A stretch of 64,000 nt of DNA from Escherichia phage vB_EcoM_JE01. Position 1 is the first letter of the stretch. Each line of letters opens with the position of its first letter. The position numbers were made by a program, and so were the translations under genes. Below the pieces are notes generated by a model that saw nothing but the letters and a program-made list of their open reading frames with translations, searched no databases and was not told the origin of the DNA. The DNA lies in sequence record PQ471460.1. One strand, written 5' to 3'. Shown one piece after another: positions 61,369 to 64,000 of the stretch.

Positions 61369-61644
61369 ATGTTTCCGACTTATTCTAAAATCGTAGAAGT
61401 AGTGTTTAGCCAAATTATCGCTAATAATATGTTTGAAAAGCTTGATACCGCAGCTGAGCTTCGAATCCACGCTCAAGTGACTCATGTATTGAACGCTTTG
61501 CTTCCAGACCAAGTGGATTCTATTGCAATTACGCTGTATCCAGGTTCCGCGCATATCATTGTCGTATTTGGTCTTGATGCTGAGTTAGTTATCAAGGGCG
61601 ATATTCGCTTTGAATCACAGACATCAGAATTCAAAGCAATTTAA
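61369..61644 (+). CDS. Hypothetical protein (91 aa)
   Basis: ORF. Confidence 0.35.
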   Translation: MFPTYSKIVEVVFSQIIANNMFEKLDTAAELRIHAQVTHVLNALLPDQVDSIAITLYPGSAHIIVVFGLDAELVIKGDIRFESQTSEFKAI

Positions 61645-61646
61645 CA

Positions 61647-61676
61647 GTTTACTTTACGATAGAGTTGTGATATTAT
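61647..61676 (+). promoter_or_regulatory. T4-type early promoter
   Basis: GTTTAC 61647-61652, 18-bp spacer, TGTGATATTAT (TATTAT 61671-61676). Confidence 0.55.
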
Positions 61677-61706
61677 AGCTCTACCAAAACAAATGAGGAA
61701 ATTGAA

Positions 61707-62234
61707 ATGAGCGAATGGTTTGAAGAAGGTAAGGTTTATCGCTTTAAAGCTGGATATAAAGATATTTTTAATGAAACTTGCGGGGCTAATAAACGAATTG
61801 CCCAGTTTATTGGGGAAAATTCATTTAAAGTAAAAATAGATCCTGCGAAAAATGTTATTAGCATTAAACGCGAAATTGATGATTGTTGGTATAAAGCTGT
61901 TGATGTAATGGGTGAATCCTATAAAGTTAGCCCGTTATTTTCAATTGCCTATATGTTAGAATATTCTTTTTTCGAAGAAGTTCAAAAAGATGATTCTGTC
62001 AGTAAATTTGAAATTAAAGCTGATAAAGAAATTAAGTGGAAAGTAGTAGGTATTACTGGTTGTATGTTCTATATCTATGCTCAAACTGATACGAAGGAAG
62101 AAGCTAAACAGAAAGCTCTAGAATATCTTGAAGAGTATGAAGAAGGTCCGGTAATGATTACTCAAGATGCTGAATTAGTTTCTGTCAAATTAGTTAAAAA
62201 CGTTGAAAGTAAGGAGCTAGGATCAACATGCTAA
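61707..62234 (+). CDS. Hypothetical protein (175 aa)
   Basis: ORF with GAGGAAA RBS. Confidence 0.45.
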   Translation: MSEWFEEGKVYRFKAGYKDIFNETCGANKRIAQFIGENSFKVKIDPAKNVISIKREIDDCWYKAVDVMGESYKVSPLFSIAYMLEYSFFEEVQKDDSVSKFEIKADKEIKWKVVGITGCMFYIYAQTDTKEEAKQKALEYLEEYEEGPVMITQDAELVSVKLVKNVESKELGSTC

Positions 62235-62464
62235 GTGAAAAACCAATTACTGTTAAAGAATTCCAAGAAAAAGTTAAACTATTTGCTCAAGAATTGGTAA
62301 ATAAGGTTTCTGAACGATTTCCTGAAACGTCGGTTCGTGTTATTACCGAAACTCCTCGTTCAGTATTAGTAATTGTGAATCCAGGTGATGGTGACCAAAT
62401 AACACATCTTAAACTGGATTTTGATGGATTAGTTGAAGCACAAAGGGTGTATGGCGTACTATGA
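62228..62464 (+). CDS. Hypothetical protein (78 aa)
   Basis: ORF. Confidence 0.35.
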   Translation: MLSEKPITVKEFQEKVKLFAQELVNKVSERFPETSVRVITETPRSVLVIVNPGDGDQITHLKLDFDGLVEAQRVYGVL

Positions 62465-62799
62465 TGAATTTAACTGATATAATTGATAATTGTCTTGAAA
62501 ATGATACTGGCGATCATAGAGCGCTTGATTCTGAAACAGCTCAGTTCATTAGAATAACTTTAATGAACGATACTCTAGTGAATAGTATTCATCCTTCTGT
62601 GTATGATGCTATTATTGTGACGAAGTACCCAGTTGAGCTTCACAAAAAGATGGCTGGTGCAATTTTTATTGATAAGAAAAACCGCTTTAAAGACGGGCAG
62701 AATATAATTAGTTCTGTTATTAAAAGTATAACTAAACTTCGTCACGAAATTTATCGTGTTGAAACTGCTAAATCTGCTTATCTGGTGATTATGAAATGA
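62461..62799 (+). CDS. Hypothetical protein (112 aa)
   Basis: ORF. Confidence 0.35.
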   Translation: MMNLTDIIDNCLENDTGDHRALDSETAQFIRITLMNDTLVNSIHPSVYDAIIVTKYPVELHKKMAGAIFIDKKNRFKDGQNIISSVIKSITKLRHEIYRVETAKSAYLVIMK

Positions 62800-63377
62800 A
62801 AGCGAGTACAGTACTTCAAATTGCATATTTAGTATCACAAGAATCCAAATGTTGCTCCTGGAAGGTAGGAGCGGTAATTGAAAAGAATGGACGTATTATT
62901 TCTACTGGATATAACGGTTCTCCGGCAGGTGGTGTGAATTGTTGTGATTATGCTGCCGAGCAAGGTTGGTTGCTGAATAAGCCTAAATATACTATCATTC
63001 AAGGTCATAAGCCTGAATGCGTATCGTTTGGTTCAACTGACCGTTTTGTTTTGGCGAAAGAACACCGCAGCGCTCACTCTGAATGGTCGTCTAAAAATGA
63101 AATTCATGCTGAACTAAATGCGATTTTGTTTGCTGCACGAAATGGTTCTTCAATTGAAGGTGCTACTATGTATGTAACACTTTCTCCTTGCCCAGATTGC
63201 GCAAAAGCGATAGCTCAATCTGGAATTAAAAAGTTGGTTTATTGTGAAACATACGATAAAAATAAACCTGGCTGGGATGATATTCTGCGAAATGCGGGTA
63301 TTGAAGTGTTTAATGTTCCTAAGAAAAACTTGAATAAGTTAAACTGGGAAAATATCAACGAATTCTGTGGTGAATAA
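62796..63377 (+). CDS. cd: dCMP deaminase (193 aa)
   Basis: Cytidine/dCMP deaminase zinc motifs HAE and PCPDC; 193 aa. Confidence 0.9.
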   Translation: MKASTVLQIAYLVSQESKCCSWKVGAVIEKNGRIISTGYNGSPAGGVNCCDYAAEQGWLLNKPKYTIIQGHKPECVSFGSTDRFVLAKEHRSAHSEWSSKNEIHAELNAILFAARNGSSIEGATMYVTLSPCPDCAKAIAQSGIKKLVYCETYDKNKPGWDDILRNAGIEVFNVPKKNLNKLNWENINEFCGE

Positions 63378-63613
63378 TGAAATTTCGTTTGGTACAACTC
63401 ACAGCAATTAGTTCTTATTCCAACGAGAACATTTCATTTGCTGTAGAGTATAAGAAGTATTTTTTCTCTAAATGGAAGCAGTATTATAAGTCAAACTGGG
63501 TTTGTATTGATAGACCGCATAGTTGGAAGTCTGATTTAGAAAAATGCCAAAAATTGCTTTCCACTCTTAAAGAACGTGGAACAACTCATATTAAAACTGT
63601 AATAGGTAAATAA
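63377..63613 (+). CDS. Hypothetical protein (78 aa)
   Basis: ORF. Confidence 0.35.
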   Translation: MKFRLVQLTAISSYSNENISFAVEYKKYFFSKWKQYYKSNWVCIDRPHSWKSDLEKCQKLLSTLKERGTTHIKTVIGK

Positions 63614-63922
63614 ATGAAACTGACAACTGAACAGAAAGTAGCAATTCGTGAAATTTTGAAAACTAAATTGTCCATGGGTATTTCAAACGTGGTTTTTGAA
63701 AAGTCTGATGGTACTATTCGTACCATGAAAGGTACTCGTGATGCAGACTTTATGCCAACCATGCAAACTGGTAAATTGACTGAATCTACTCGGAAAGAAT
63801 CTACTGATATGATTCCAGTATTTGATGTTGAGCTTGGTGCATGGCGAGGTTTTTCTATTGACAAATTGATTTCCGTTAATGGTATGAAAGTTGAGCATTT
63901 GCTTCAATTTATTGGTAAATAA
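63614..63922 (+). CDS. Hypothetical protein (102 aa)
   Basis: ORF. Confidence 0.4.
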   Translation: MKLTTEQKVAIREILKTKLSMGISNVVFEKSDGTIRTMKGTRDADFMPTMQTGKLTESTRKESTDMIPVFDVELGAWRGFSIDKLISVNGMKVEHLLQFIGK

Positions 63923-63923
63923 A

Positions 63924-63948
63924 TGCTTTAAGAATTATTTGTTATTAT
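63924..63948 (+). promoter_or_regulatory. MotA-dependent middle promoter candidate upstream of gene 31
   Basis: Perfect MotA box aaaTGCTTTA (63921-63930), 14 nt gap, TATTAT 63943-63948. Confidence 0.45.
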
Positions 63949-63978
63949 TAATTCATCTGTTAACAAAAAGGAAAAACG

Positions 63979-64000
63979 ATGTCTGAAGTACAACAGCTAC
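63979..64000 (+). CDS. 31: Start of co-chaperonin gp31 (GroES-like); 3' end outside window
   Basis: ATG at 63979 with AAAGGAAAAA RBS; first codons MSEVQQL match the T4 gp31 N-terminus as I recall it. Confidence 0.5.

Overview
This window is a contiguous, densely packed segment of a T-even (T4-like, Tequatrovirus-type) myophage genome, in reverse-complement orientation to the usual T4 map. Plus-strand early/middle genes run from the 3' part of DNA polymerase gene 43 through imm, 42, uvsX, 40, 41, dmd, sp, 61, 56, soc, modB/modA, dda, dexA, 39, rIIA, rIIB, denB, ndd, ac, 52, motA, arn and asiA. The late tail-fibre module (34-35-36-37-38) and holin t lie on the minus strand. The plus strand then resumes with rnh, dsbA, 33, 59, 32, frd, td (with a 1016-nt group I intron encoding I-TevI), nrdA, nrdB, denA, rnlA, alc, pseT, cd and the first codons of gene 31. 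Gene names were assigned by recognising protein sequences, lengths and synteny from memory; no database search was run. I found no rRNA, tRNA or CRISPR features. I did not find a clearly undescribed multi-gene system. The points most worth a second look are: a GT-A-type (DxD) glycosyltransferase in the slot where T4 has beta-glucosyltransferase; an HNH endonuclease plus an antisense membrane ORF between 61 and 56; an unsplit 606-aa gene 39; an extra ORF between frd and td; a T2-type glycine-rich gp38 adhesin; and five early promoters whose -10 element is bracketed by an inverted repeat.
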